Source: Firmicutes bacterium ADurb.Bin146 (GTDB taxonomy: Bacteria; Bacillota; Clostridia; DUPQ01). From it: DNA of 64,000 nt. Numbering within the stretch: the first letter of the stretch is position 1; every line of letters starts with the position of its first letter. The stretch covers positions 27,567 to 91,566 of the forward strand of contig MWDI01000023.1 of NCBI GenBank assembly GCA_002070475.1, read 5' to 3'. Of the stretch, positions 29,513 through 40,038 are shown piece after piece. The notes beneath the pieces are model-generated. The model was given only the letters and a program-made list of their open reading frames with translations, was not told the origin of the DNA and did not search any database. The translations under genes were made by a program, and so were the position numbers.

Positions 29513-30850
29513 ATGGACTATTCAGAATTTATAAGCAACGCGTCAAATGTCATACCTTCACAAAAACAACTTAAATGGTTTGATATGGAATTTTATGCTT
29601 TTATTCATTTCACAGTAAACACTTTTACTGATTTGGAATGGGGAACCGGAAAGGAGGATCCTGCCATTTTTAATCCATACAGAATGGACTGTGACCAGTG
29701 GGTAGAAACGATAAAGGCAGCAGGAATGAAGGGTATGATTCTAACTGCCAAACATCATGACGGATTTTGCTTATGGCCAAGCAGATATACTGAACACAGT
29801 ATAAAAAACAGCCCATATAAGGGAGGTAAAGGTGATATCGTGATGGAAGCTGCAAAAGCCTGTGAGAAGGGCGGTATAAAGTTTGGATTTTATCTTTCCC
29901 CTTGGGATAGGAATTCTACTTACTATGGTACTGACAAATATAATGATTACTTCAAATCGCAATTAGCTGAGCTTCTAACAGGATATGGCCCTATTTTTCA
30001 CGTATGGTTCGATAATGCATGCGGTGAAGGTCCTAATGGCAAGAAGCAGATATACGATTTTGACGGTTATATAGACCTCATACATAAATATCAGCCTGAT
30101 GCGACTATATTTAATGATAAGGGGCCTGATGTCAGATGGTGCGGGAATGAAGCAGGCTCACCAAGAGTATCAGAATGGGCGGTAGTACCAAAAGAACTAG
30201 CTGTTTATGCTGATATACAGGCTGAAGGAAGCCTTGAAGAAGGAAAACTTGATTATCTTTTTAACAGGGACCAGAACATCGGGAATTTTTCCAACATCAA
30301 GTATTCAAAGGGATTATGTTTCTGCCCATCTGAGTATGACATGTCTATAAGGAAAGGATGGTTTTATCATGATCATGAGGAACCTCATTCTCTTGAGAGA
30401 CTATTTTCAACATATCTTAACACAGTCGGTGGAAATGCCTGTCTGAATCTTAATATACCTCCTAACCGTGAAGGACTTTTTGACTCAAAGGATGTAGAAA
30501 GGTGCAAGGAACTAGGAGAATTAATACAAAATGAGTTTAAGAAAGATATTTCAAAAGATGCGGTTATTGAGGAAATAGAGACATCATCACCCACACAAAA
30601 ATGCATAGACATCAGCTTTAATGAAGAAAAGAACATAAAGTATATAGTTCTGAAGGAAGATATATCAAAAGGACAGAGAGTGGAAACCTTCCTTATATGT
30701 ACTTCAAAAGATAAGATACATTCAAGATATGAAGGAACTACAATAGGGCACAAGAAAATATGCGTTATAAATAAAAAGACGGACTTTCTCAGGATACAGA
30801 TAGTTGCAGCAAGAAATAAAGTTAATCTTCTGCCTATAGAAATATATTAA
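29513..30850 (+). CDS. Alpha-L-fucosidase, GH29
   Basis: FIHF...TAKHHDGFCLWPS and WFD motifs. Start moved to ATG 29513, preceded by AGGAGG. Confidence 0.85.
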   Translation: MDYSEFISNASNVIPSQKQLKWFDMEFYAFIHFTVNTFTDLEWGTGKEDPAIFNPYRMDCDQWVETIKAAGMKGMILTAKHHDGFCLWPSRYTEHSIKNSPYKGGKGDIVMEAAKACEKGGIKFGFYLSPWDRNSTYYGTDKYNDYFKSQLAELLTGYGPIFHVWFDNACGEGPNGKKQIYDFDGYIDLIHKYQPDATIFNDKGPDVRWCGNEAGSPRVSEWAVVPKELAVYADIQAEGSLEEGKLDYLFNRDQNIGNFSNIKYSKGLCFCPSEYDMSIRKGWFYHDHEEPHSLERLFSTYLNTVGGNACLNLNIPPNREGLFDSKDVERCKELGELIQNEFKKDISKDAVIEEIETSSPTQKCIDISFNEEKNIKYIVLKEDISKGQRVETFLICTSKDKIHSRYEGTTIGHKKICVINKKTDFLRIQIVAARNKVNLLPIEIY

Positions 30851-30871
30851 TTATATAAATAATTGGCTGTT

Positions 30872-33457
30872 TTAATTATCCGGTATATCCGGATTATCCG
30901 GTTCTTCGCTTGTAATAGGTGATGAATCCGCTACTGGCGTCACCGCTTCTTCCTCTTGATGTTTATGATGAAGAGGACAGACAATAGACATATCTACTTC
31001 ATGAACTGCATCATAAGGCACTCTTTCAAACTGCCATATTACTTTACCATCAACCTTTACAGAGAATGTTCCTTCATTAACTTTTTTGTAAGCTCCGTCG
31101 GGACGCACTATACGTACCATAGCCCAAACATAGTTGCTTGGACAATCATCGCTTGCAAGGTAAAAACGTCCATATTCATCCTTGTTTCCAGGATATGCGC
31201 AAACTACAACTTCTTGATGTGTGTCACATATTTCTTTAGGTTCAGTACCTTCTATGAAGTACTCTGAAACAACAGTCCTAGGACCACGTGGGTCTGATGT
31301 ACAGAACTCAGAAAGTAGTTTTCCTGAATATATGCAGATATCTCTTTTGACTATACCTGTAGATGGCATTGTAAACTGTTTTGGAGCCAAGTTCTCATGG
31401 ACAATATTCATGACGGAATTCCAAAGTTTTAAAGCTCTTCCATATTCCTCATTCACCAAAGAGACCGGAGCTTGCTTGTTATCGTAACCATACCAGACCG
31501 CGGCAGTATAGTAAGGGGTAAACCCGCAGAACCATTTATCAAGATAATCTGATGTAGTTCCTGTTTTTCCTGCAACTGCTATATTACCTTGGTTTATATT
31601 TATTGCTCCGTAGGCTGTTCCGTTAATCCAGTATGTAGTTACAGTAGGTTTTACTACTTCCTCCATTATATTTGTAAGAATTGCTGCAGATTGTTCAGAA
31701 TAAGCGACAGTATATGTGTTTCCCCATCTAAAAATAGTTTCCTTGGAGTTATTAGCTATTTTTGTAATACTGTGTGCATCCATATGAATTCCTCTATTTG
31801 CAAATGTGCTGTATGCGCTTGCCATTTCTAGAGGGCTTACTCCTACAGCGAGACCACCTATAGCTGCTGAGACAGTAGAATCATCATATATGTATTCGCT
31901 CCTGTGAATACCCACCGATTCAAGATATTCTACAGAATTATCCCTTCCAAGATAATACGACCATACTTTGGCTGCTATAACGTTAACAGAAGCTTTTATA
32001 GCATTCCTTATTGTTGTTAACCCCTGATAATCAGTAGAATCATAGTTGGTTGGATATATGAGGTCTGGATTTTTCGGGTCAAGATAACATGGCGCATCGT
32101 CAACTACTGTTGCTGCTGTAATAAGTTTTAAATCTAAAGCTGGACCATACACTGCAATAGGCTTAAAAGTGGAACCAGGCTGTCTTTGCATACCGGTCGC
32201 TCTGTTATATGTCCTGCTTCCTGTTTTTTCCCCGTTACCCCCATAAAGCCCGGCAATACCGCCAGTATATTGGTCAATGATTACCATTGCGCCTTGAGGT
32301 TTCTCACCATACCTTATAGCGTCAATATTAATTATTGATCCGTCTTCCCTATATTCAGCAAAGTATGCAGGATCTGTAAATATAGTATCCAAAGCATTCT
32401 GCACTTGCGGCTTTAAAGTAGTATATATATGCAGACCGTTATTATATATAATTCTCTCAGCTTGAAGTTCAGATATTGAGTTTTGTTCAGACAATAACTT
32501 GATGGCTTCAGTTATAACATAATCTACAAAATATGATGTGACAGACGAGGAAACATAATCGACTTTCTCAGCAAAAACTATCTCGTATGCGAGCGCATCA
32601 TCATATTCTTTCTGATCTATATACCCCAATTCCAACATTTTGTCGAGAACATCCTCACGCCTGTACATAAGCTTCCTTACATTTTCTTCTTTTCCGTATG
32701 GATCATATATACCAGGCGAATTCGGTATTGCCGCAAGTATCGCAGCTTCTGCAAGATTGAGTTGATCCAGTGTTTTATTAAAATACATTTTTGATGCTGA
32801 CTGAAATCCATAACAGCCGTTACCCATGTTAATTAGGTTTGCATACATTGTTATAATCTGCTTCTTGTCATACTTCATCTCTAAAAGCACGGCATTGTAT
32901 ATCTCTTGAATTTTTCTTTCAAAAGTCTGTTCGAAACGGCCAGTGACATTTTTATAAACTTGCTGGGTAATAGTGCTTCCGCCTTGGGCGATATCTCCTT
33001 TGTTTTCCAGAAGCTTTATTACAGAACCTCCAATCCTTATGAAGTCAAAACCAGAGTGCTGGTAAAACCTCTCATCTTCAATTGCTACAATCGCATGCGC
33101 TAGGATATCTGGAATCTGTTTTGATGTTACTACTTCCCTATTTATATTATCGCTTCCGGTAAGAGTCTCTATAATATTGCCTTCAATGTCGTGAATAAAT
33201 GTTGTCAGTCCTGTGGTTATAGCCAAATCCTCATCAGTCAGTATTTTAGATGTAGAAATCCATGCAGTAATAATACCTAATCCTAATCCTCCTATGAGAA
33301 ATGCCGCAATAAGCACTATAGCAGTTAATATCTTGAATGTAGACCAAAAAGTGCTTAAAAGGGTACTGAAAAAAGAAGGGGTATATTCTACATACTCTAC
33401 ATTAGTAGATTCATCATCTTCTTCATCATACGAATTTAATAAATCATCTTGGTTCAT
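30872..33457 (-). CDS. Class A penicillin-binding protein (PBP1A-type transglycosylase/transpeptidase)
   Basis: GT51 motifs EDERFYQHSGFD, GGSTITQQ, RKIQE. TPase motifs STFKP, SVN, KTGT. N-terminal TM anchor. Confidence 0.9.
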   Translation of the reverse strand: MNQDDLLNSYDEEDDESTNVEYVEYTPSFFSTLLSTFWSTFKILTAIVLIAAFLIGGLGLGIITAWISTSKILTDEDLAITTGLTTFIHDIEGNIIETLTGSDNINREVVTSKQIPDILAHAIVAIEDERFYQHSGFDFIRIGGSVIKLLENKGDIAQGGSTITQQVYKNVTGRFEQTFERKIQEIYNAVLLEMKYDKKQIITMYANLINMGNGCYGFQSASKMYFNKTLDQLNLAEAAILAAIPNSPGIYDPYGKEENVRKLMYRREDVLDKMLELGYIDQKEYDDALAYEIVFAEKVDYVSSSVTSYFVDYVITEAIKLLSEQNSISELQAERIIYNNGLHIYTTLKPQVQNALDTIFTDPAYFAEYREDGSIINIDAIRYGEKPQGAMVIIDQYTGGIAGLYGGNGEKTGSRTYNRATGMQRQPGSTFKPIAVYGPALDLKLITAATVVDDAPCYLDPKNPDLIYPTNYDSTDYQGLTTIRNAIKASVNVIAAKVWSYYLGRDNSVEYLESVGIHRSEYIYDDSTVSAAIGGLAVGVSPLEMASAYSTFANRGIHMDAHSITKIANNSKETIFRWGNTYTVAYSEQSAAILTNIMEEVVKPTVTTYWINGTAYGAININQGNIAVAGKTGTTSDYLDKWFCGFTPYYTAAVWYGYDNKQAPVSLVNEEYGRALKLWNSVMNIVHENLAPKQFTMPSTGIVKRDICIYSGKLLSEFCTSDPRGPRTVVSEYFIEGTEPKEICDTHQEVVVCAYPGNKDEYGRFYLASDDCPSNYVWAMVRIVRPDGAYKKVNEGTFSVKVDGKVIWQFERVPYDAVHEVDMSIVCPLHHKHQEEEAVTPVADSSPITSEEPDNPDIPDN

Positions 33458-33519
33458 TTCATCACCTCATCAGCATAAGTTTTTTATGCCCAAAACCCGA
33501 GCAGATATACCTGCACGAA

Positions 33520-33879
33520 TTACTCTTTTTTTGATTTATCTTCTTTATCACTGTCAACAACATAGCATTTGCCCATGAATTTGGCTCCCTCATCGCTTAT
33601 GAGGCTTAAAGCATATGTGTCTCCCACGAAATTAGCTGTTGAGGACATCTTTATGTAGTTCTTGGATTTCAATATTCCCTCAGCTTCACCGCTTAATATT
33701 ATATTAGCACCAGTAAACAGGCCTTTAGCTTTAGCAGTCTTTGTAAATACGATATCGCCTTCAGCTGTTATATCACCTTCGACTACGCCTTCTACTGTAA
33801 CTGAACCTTTAGTATTAATATCACCTTTAATTGTACACATAGATCCTATAAGGACATCAAGTTTTTTCTGTCTAATCAT
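33520..33879 (-). CDS. Bactofilin-family cytoskeletal protein
   Basis: 119 aa beta-helical repeat pattern: IKGDINTKGSVTVEGVVEGDITAEGDIVF. Confidence 0.8.
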   Translation of the reverse strand: MIRQKKLDVLIGSMCTIKGDINTKGSVTVEGVVEGDITAEGDIVFTKTAKAKGLFTGANIILSGEAEGILKSKNYIKMSSTANFVGDTYALSLISDEGAKFMGKCYVVDSDKEDKSKKE

Positions 33880-33888
33880 TTTATACTC

Positions 33889-34851
33889 CTATTTGCCTGT
33901 AGTTACAAACAGTGTAGGATTTATAGGTATTTCATTTACCCTTATTTCAAAGTGTAGATGTGGTCCTGTAGCAAGCCCTGTCTTTCCGACATATGCTATA
34001 AGCTGGCCTTTCTCGACTTCGTCACCGGTTTTTACAAGTATCTTAGAGCAGTGAGCATATAACGTGGTTATGCTTTCACTGTGCTTTATCCTTAACCAGT
34101 ATCCATATCCTGACTGTTCATAATTAACTGAAAGTACCTTGCCTGAAGCTGCAGCATATATCTCGTCACCCCATGCTCCGCCAATATCAATTCCGGTATG
34201 CTGTTTATACTGGTTCAATATCGGATGATTTCTCATGCCGAAAGCGGATGCTATGTATGTGGCTTTGGTAGGCCATAAAGTAGGAATTGAATCCAGGTAG
34301 TCACATAATACATTTGCAGCATCAGAAAAATCTACAAGCTCTGACTGGGTATTTTCATTCGTCTCAAGCAGTATCTGTAAAGCTGAAGCAACTGCAGCTG
34401 TGTCTTGGGCGAATTTTGTAACATTATTAGCAGTTACTGATGCGCTTGCCAAAGATATACTGTTTGTATATTTTTCTGCGATCAGTTTAAGCTGTGATGA
34501 TAAATCCTTTATCTGTATGTTCAAATCTTCTTGAGCTGTCTCAAGTAATGCTATCTCATTTAGTTTGCTATCAAGCACTTGTGCTTGTTTTCCAACATAG
34601 GTGCTCAATGCAATCATCTCGTTATTATAATCCGCCATAACCTCTTCCATTTGCGCATTAACTTGTTTATTCTGATTTATAAAATAGATTAATGAAAGGC
34701 TCAAGCATATAATGATAGCCATCATAAAATAAAATACTAATGACACTTTTAGAATAGGTGATGTAACTTTTAAGACTTTAGAAGATTTACCGCCTTTTGG
34801 TATATATACCAGCATTCCTTCGCGGTCAAGCTCTGTTCTTCCCTTTCGCAT
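33889..34851 (-). CDS. M23-family metallopeptidase with TM anchor and coiled coil
   Basis: HTGIDIGG...YAAASGKV...GPHLHFEIRV is the LytM/M23 signature. Confidence 0.85.
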   Translation of the reverse strand: MRKGRTELDREGMLVYIPKGGKSSKVLKVTSPILKVSLVFYFMMAIIICLSLSLIYFINQNKQVNAQMEEVMADYNNEMIALSTYVGKQAQVLDSKLNEIALLETAQEDLNIQIKDLSSQLKLIAEKYTNSISLASASVTANNVTKFAQDTAAVASALQILLETNENTQSELVDFSDAANVLCDYLDSIPTLWPTKATYIASAFGMRNHPILNQYKQHTGIDIGGAWGDEIYAAASGKVLSVNYEQSGYGYWLRIKHSESITTLYAHCSKILVKTGDEVEKGQLIAYVGKTGLATGPHLHFEIRVNEIPINPTLFVTTGK

Positions 34852-34929
34852 CTGCCCTCCTCATACTTAAGATTGATACTAACACATGCATAATTATTTT
34901 TCAACAGTTATGTTTTGCATCACATTACA

Positions 34930-35772
34930 TCAGTAAAACTTCATAACTGAAGTTCTGGAATTATCCTCACACCACTTATGTGCATATGACCCTTGTTTTA
35001 CATAAATCGAAGATAATTTCGCACAGCCATAGAACACCTGGTCACTTATACTATTAACACTGTTTGGTATTTTAATGGTAGTAAGATTTGAACAATCCCA
35101 AAAAGCTCCCGCTCTTATGCTCGTAACTCCTTCAGGAATCTCTATTTGCGTTATACTTGAACAATTTTTGAATGCAGTAGGGCCAATTTCAATAAGCCCT
35201 GAAGGGAGAGTAATCTGTGATATATTTATGTTATTAAAAAAAGAGTTTTTATCCAAGTGGGTCACGCTTGAAGGAATAATATACTCTTTACCGTTTTTTT
35301 GCGGAGGATATATTATGAGCTTTGTCATATCTTTATTAAACAGAACTCCATCCTTGACAAAAAAGAATTCGTTTCCTTCAGTGATTGTTATATCCTTTAA
35401 CTTGTCACACCCAATAAAAGCATTTTCTCCAAGCTCCTTAAGGCTTTTTGGTATATTGAAAGAAGTAATAGACTTGCAGCTGTAAAAAGCATTATTACCT
35501 ATCACTTTAACTGAATCAGGTAACGATATTGATTTTGCTTCAGTATTACCCCAGAAAGCATTTGATGATATTCCTGTCACAGGAAGCCCTTTTATTTCAG
35601 CAGGAACTGATATCCTGTTGCTCTTACCATGATACTTTGTAATATGGACTTCTTTACCGTTTATTATATTAATAGAAAAAAGAGTTTCTTTAGTATCCGA
35701 ACATGAAGTAAAGATACCTGCTGTCAAAACAAGCATTAAAACAATGATTATTATTTTGAAATTTCTCCTCAT
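34930..35772 (-). CDS. BspA-type leucine-rich-repeat lipoprotein
   Basis: Lipobox FTSC. Repeated ..IP.SV..IG..AF..C..L pattern across the protein. Confidence 0.8.
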   Translation of the reverse strand: MRRNFKIIIIVLMLVLTAGIFTSCSDTKETLFSINIINGKEVHITKYHGKSNRISVPAEIKGLPVTGISSNAFWGNTEAKSISLPDSVKVIGNNAFYSCKSITSFNIPKSLKELGENAFIGCDKLKDITITEGNEFFFVKDGVLFNKDMTKLIIYPPQKNGKEYIIPSSVTHLDKNSFFNNINISQITLPSGLIEIGPTAFKNCSSITQIEIPEGVTSIRAGAFWDCSNLTTIKIPNSVNSISDQVFYGCAKLSSIYVKQGSYAHKWCEDNSRTSVMKFY

Positions 35773-36000
35773 TTCCCCTCCACGAAGATAGTAGTACTTA
35801 ATATTTATACCACAAATGTGATGACATTGTCATGAAATTTGTGAATGATGCAATATATTTAGACATATAAGCGAGCATCTGAAATAAAATCTGATATTTG
35901 TAATACCATAATGTAAAAATGAATATATTAAATAGACTTTTATGTCAACTAATGCTATAATCCGAAATTAATAACATTTTGAAGCATGGAAGGGGTTTGC

Positions 36001-37425
36001 ATGAAAACCGTTGTTTTGATAAAAGACTGCACATTGAAGAACTGTGAAACAGATAAAGCTTTGAATATTAGCTTTAAAGAAAAACTGGAGATCGCCAAAC
36101 AGCTGGAAAATATAAATACTGATATTATTGAGACAGGTTTTGCTGATACTTCTCAAGGAGCCTTTATAGCTGTCAAGACAATAGCCTCAACTTTGAAAAA
36201 AAGCATATTATGCTGTCCTGCAAAACCAGACAAAGTAAGTATAGAAAAAACATACGAAGCAATTAAAGGCGCAGTTAAAAAAAGAATACATATCAGCTTA
36301 CCGCTGTCTACTGTAAACATGGAATATCAGCTGCATATGAAGAAAAATCAAGTTTTAGATACCGTAAGAGAATCCATCTCTTTTGCGAAGACTTTATGCG
36401 ATGATATTGAATTTACAGCTTTAGATGCTACAAGAAGCGATCTTGCATTTATAATCGATATTATTAATATTGCTAAAGATGCAGGAGCCAGCACAGTAGG
36501 TATTGAAGACACAGTAGGACAGATGCTGCCTGATGAGATTTTTCCCTTTATAACAAACTTAAAAAATTCCCTTGCATTTGATGAAAATACCATATTTTCT
36601 TTCAGAGCTAAAAATGAAATGGGAATGGCAGTAGCGAATACTATAACCGCTATTAAATCAGGTGTGGGACAGGTTGCATGCTCTATTAATGGGACTGCAA
36701 ATGATGCCAGTCTTGAAGAAACCGTATCAGCAATACATACCAGGGCTGATGCGTTAAACGCTAACTGCAACATGCTAATATCTCAGCTTAACAGAGCATC
36801 TGTGCTTCTATCAGGAATAACGGATATAAAGAATGGGAAAACAAAGAACACAATATCAGCAGGAATTAATGTAAATGAAACCGACCTTATTGATAAAGAA
36901 ATGGATATTTATACTTTCAGGTCATTTGTAGAAAGCCTTGGATATACACTTACTGATAAGGATATAGAAAAAATATATGATATGTTTAAAGAATTATCCG
37001 AGAAGAAACTTCAGGTTTATACCAAGGATATAGAGGCGATTATAGGCAGAGAAGCCGTACAGGTGCCAAGAGTATACCAGTTGGACAGATTCGTTATAAA
37101 CAGCGGGAATAAAATAACCTCCACAGCCGCAGTAAGACTTAGGTATAATGACAAACCGCTTGAAGGGGTTGCATTTGGAGATGGTCCTATCGATGCAGCC
37201 TTCCATGTCATAGGCAAAATTATGGGTATGGATATAGAGCTTTTTGATTTTAATTTAAAGTCTGTTACTGAAGGCAAGGATGCTTTAGGTGCTGCAACAG
37301 TTAAAATACGTTATAACGGTAAGATATACGCAGGCAGAGGCCTGTCAACTGACGTTATAGAGTCTTCAATCATGGCATATATCAATGCAGTAAATAAGAT
37401 GCTTTATGAGGAAGGAATACAATGA
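36001..37425 (+). CDS. 2-isopropylmalate synthase/homocitrate synthase-family protein with degenerate active site (probable pseudoenzyme)
   Basis: Clear HMGL-like/LeuA homology (EKLEIAKQLE..DIIETGF, MGMAVAN, C-terminal GDGPIDAAF...GRGLSTDVIESSIMAYINAVNKM). The DTTLRDGEQ motif reads DCTLKNCET and HxHNDxG reads RAKNEMG. Start at ATG 36001 after GGAAGGGG. Confidence 0.7.
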   Translation: MKTVVLIKDCTLKNCETDKALNISFKEKLEIAKQLENINTDIIETGFADTSQGAFIAVKTIASTLKKSILCCPAKPDKVSIEKTYEAIKGAVKKRIHISLPLSTVNMEYQLHMKKNQVLDTVRESISFAKTLCDDIEFTALDATRSDLAFIIDIINIAKDAGASTVGIEDTVGQMLPDEIFPFITNLKNSLAFDENTIFSFRAKNEMGMAVANTITAIKSGVGQVACSINGTANDASLEETVSAIHTRADALNANCNMLISQLNRASVLLSGITDIKNGKTKNTISAGINVNETDLIDKEMDIYTFRSFVESLGYTLTDKDIEKIYDMFKELSEKKLQVYTKDIEAIIGREAVQVPRVYQLDRFVINSGNKITSTAAVRLRYNDKPLEGVAFGDGPIDAAFHVIGKIMGMDIELFDFNLKSVTEGKDALGAATVKIRYNGKIYAGRGLSTDVIESSIMAYINAVNKMLYEEGIQ

Positions 37426-39950
37426 AATATGCATTCTCTACAATAAGCTGGACCAGCTTTACATGGAAAGAAGCCATCGCAATGGCAAAAGACCTCGGAT
37501 TTTCAGGAATAGAAGTAAGAGGTCTGGAGAATAATGTTTATGCTGTCGATGCAAGGCCTTTCTCATCACAACAGGTGTTAAAAACAGCAGAACAACTAGC
37601 AAATCTTCACTTAGAAGTGTCGTGTTTCTCCACAACCTGTAATTTAAATGATATTGCCAACCAAAAGGAAAACATCCGTCAGCTGAAAGCATATATTGAC
37701 CTTGCCGCAAAAATGGGCACATCTTATGTAAGGCTTCTTCCTGATGATTCTATTACTTTGAATAATAAGTCTAGTGATGATGCAGTAATCTCAATAATAA
37801 GCGAGATACTTCCATATGCTGAGAAAAAACATGTAATACTGCTTCTTGAGACAATAGGGATATATTGTGATACAGATAGATTAAGAAAAGTGCTTGAGCA
37901 TTTCGCATCAGATAATCTTGCTGCTTTATGGGATATACATCATCCATACAGATTCAATAACGAATCCCCTGAGAAAACCGTACAGAACCTAGGCGCTTAT
38001 ATAAAATACGTGCATATGAAGGACTCTGTAATGATTGACGGACAGGTGGAGTACAGACTTATGGGTGAAGGAGATCTGCCAATAAAGGACATGATTGGGG
38101 CTTTAAAATCCATAAATTATGACGGATATATATCATATGAGTGGATAATGAGCTGGTCTTCCGATCTGGATGACCCCGGAATAGTATTCCCGCATTTCAT
38201 GAATTACATCACCTCTAAATATGACGAAAACAGAATTTCGAAAAAGCTCTACTACAATAAAGCGAAAACTGGCCGCTATGTATGGAAAAAAGAGGAACTT
38301 ATAGATTCCACTTTTCCCCAAGTTCTTGACAGGATGGTTGAGGAATTCCCTGACCAGTATGCATTCCGTTATACGACATTGGACTATACTAGGACATACT
38401 CACAGTTCAGAGAGGATGTGGACACGTTCGCACGCTCATTAATAGCTTTAGGCGTAAAAAGAGGAGACCATGTAGCAATTTGGGCAACTAATATCCCTCA
38501 GTGGTACATAACATTCTGGGCTACGACCAAGATAGGCGCAGTCTTAGTAACAGTAAATACCGCTTACAAGATTCATGAAGCAGAATATCTTTTCAGACAA
38601 TCAGATACACATACGATAGTAATGATTGAAGGATATAAAGATTCACATTATGCCAAGATAGTTAAACAACTATGTCCAGAACTTGATACTTCAATTCCTG
38701 GCAAACCTTTGCATATTAAAAAACTGCCTTTTTTAAGGAATATAATAACAGTGGACTTTGCAATGGAAGGATGTATAACATGGGAAGATGCAATTGGGAT
38801 GCATAAAAAAACCCCTATTGAGGAAGTATACAGAAGAGCTAGCACTATCAGTAAGGACGATGTCTGCAACATGCAGTACACATCAGGAACGACAGGTTTT
38901 CCCAAAGGGGTAATGCTTACCCACCATAACATAGTAAACAATGGTAAGTGTATAGGTGATTGTATGGACTTATCTACTGCAGATAGGATGATGATACATG
39001 TCCCTATGTTTCACTGCTTCGGAATGGTTCTTGCAATGACTGCTTCCATGACACATGGGACCACAATATCTCCCCTTCCCTACTTTTCTCCAAAACCTGC
39101 TCTTAACTGTATCAATCTTGAAAAGATAACCTGCTTTCACGGAGTACCTACCATGTTTATTGCAATGCTTGAACATGAGGATTTTGCAAAGACGGATTTT
39201 TCATATATGCGTACAGGCATAATGGCAGGGAGTCCCTGTCCTATTAAGGTAATGCAGGATGTACAGGAAAAAATGAACATGAAGGAGATAACGATAGTAT
39301 ACGGACAGACTGAAGCTTCCCCAGGGTGTACGCAAAGCACCACAGAAGATTCAATAGAATTGAGAGTAAATACTGTAGGAAAAGCGTTACCCGGAGTAGA
39401 ATGTAAAATAGTGGACCCTGAAACAAACGAGGAGCTTCCTGATAATGTAGATGGTGAATTTGTCGCAAGAGGATATAACATAATGAAGGGTTACTATAAA
39501 ATGCCAATGGCGACCGCTGCTGCAATAGACAAAGACGGCTGGCTACATACCGGTGATTTGGCAAGAAGGAATAACGGATACTATAAAATTACCGGAAGGA
39601 TAAAAGATATGATAATCCGTGGCGGAGAAAATATATATCCAAAAGAAATCGAAGATTTCATATATACTCATCCAAAAGTAAAGGATGTACAGGTAATAGG
39701 AGTACCGGATAAAAGCTATGGGGAAGAAATCATGGCTTGTGTCATTTTGAAGGAAAATGAGACAATGACCGAGCAGGAATTAAAGGATTATGTAAACTCA
39801 CATATGGCAAAACATAAGACACCTAAATATGTTGACTTCGTTATGGAATTTCCTATGAATGCAGCAGGTAAAATATTAAAGTATAAAATGAGAGAAGACG
39901 CAGTCGTAAAACTTAATCTACAAGAAGCGAATAAGATAGTTACAGCATAA
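37422..39950 (+). CDS. Fusion protein: xylose-isomerase-like TIM-barrel (sugar phosphate isomerase/epimerase family) + AMP-forming acyl/aryl-CoA ligase (ANL superfamily)
   Basis: aa 1-265 carry AP_endonuc_2-type motifs (LLLET, WDIHH, HMKD, YEW). aa ~290-842 carry ANL motifs (YTSGTTGFPKGV, GYGQTE-like VYGQTEAS, GDLARR, IKDMIIRGGENIYP). ATG overlaps the upstream stop (ATGA). Confidence 0.8.
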   Translation: MKYAFSTISWTSFTWKEAIAMAKDLGFSGIEVRGLENNVYAVDARPFSSQQVLKTAEQLANLHLEVSCFSTTCNLNDIANQKENIRQLKAYIDLAAKMGTSYVRLLPDDSITLNNKSSDDAVISIISEILPYAEKKHVILLLETIGIYCDTDRLRKVLEHFASDNLAALWDIHHPYRFNNESPEKTVQNLGAYIKYVHMKDSVMIDGQVEYRLMGEGDLPIKDMIGALKSINYDGYISYEWIMSWSSDLDDPGIVFPHFMNYITSKYDENRISKKLYYNKAKTGRYVWKKEELIDSTFPQVLDRMVEEFPDQYAFRYTTLDYTRTYSQFREDVDTFARSLIALGVKRGDHVAIWATNIPQWYITFWATTKIGAVLVTVNTAYKIHEAEYLFRQSDTHTIVMIEGYKDSHYAKIVKQLCPELDTSIPGKPLHIKKLPFLRNIITVDFAMEGCITWEDAIGMHKKTPIEEVYRRASTISKDDVCNMQYTSGTTGFPKGVMLTHHNIVNNGKCIGDCMDLSTADRMMIHVPMFHCFGMVLAMTASMTHGTTISPLPYFSPKPALNCINLEKITCFHGVPTMFIAMLEHEDFAKTDFSYMRTGIMAGSPCPIKVMQDVQEKMNMKEITIVYGQTEASPGCTQSTTEDSIELRVNTVGKALPGVECKIVDPETNEELPDNVDGEFVARGYNIMKGYYKMPMATAAAIDKDGWLHTGDLARRNNGYYKITGRIKDMIIRGGENIYPKEIEDFIYTHPKVKDVQVIGVPDKSYGEEIMACVILKENETMTEQELKDYVNSHMAKHKTPKYVDFVMEFPMNAAGKILKYKMREDAVVKLNLQEANKIVTA

Positions 39951-40038
39951 AATAAATAAATATTAAAATACGATATGATATAATGAACTAGAGGAATGAA
40001 AAATTCCTCTTGTTATCACATATCACAGGAGAAAAAAT

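Noticed and set aside
39990-40010. Hairpin AGAGGAAT-GAAAA-ATTCCTCT between the ligase fusion and the SDR gene, as a terminator
   Set aside because: It has a perfect 8-bp stem, but the downstream sequence (TGTTATCAC) is not a U-tract. It may be a weak attenuator or mRNA-stabilising hairpin. Not called.
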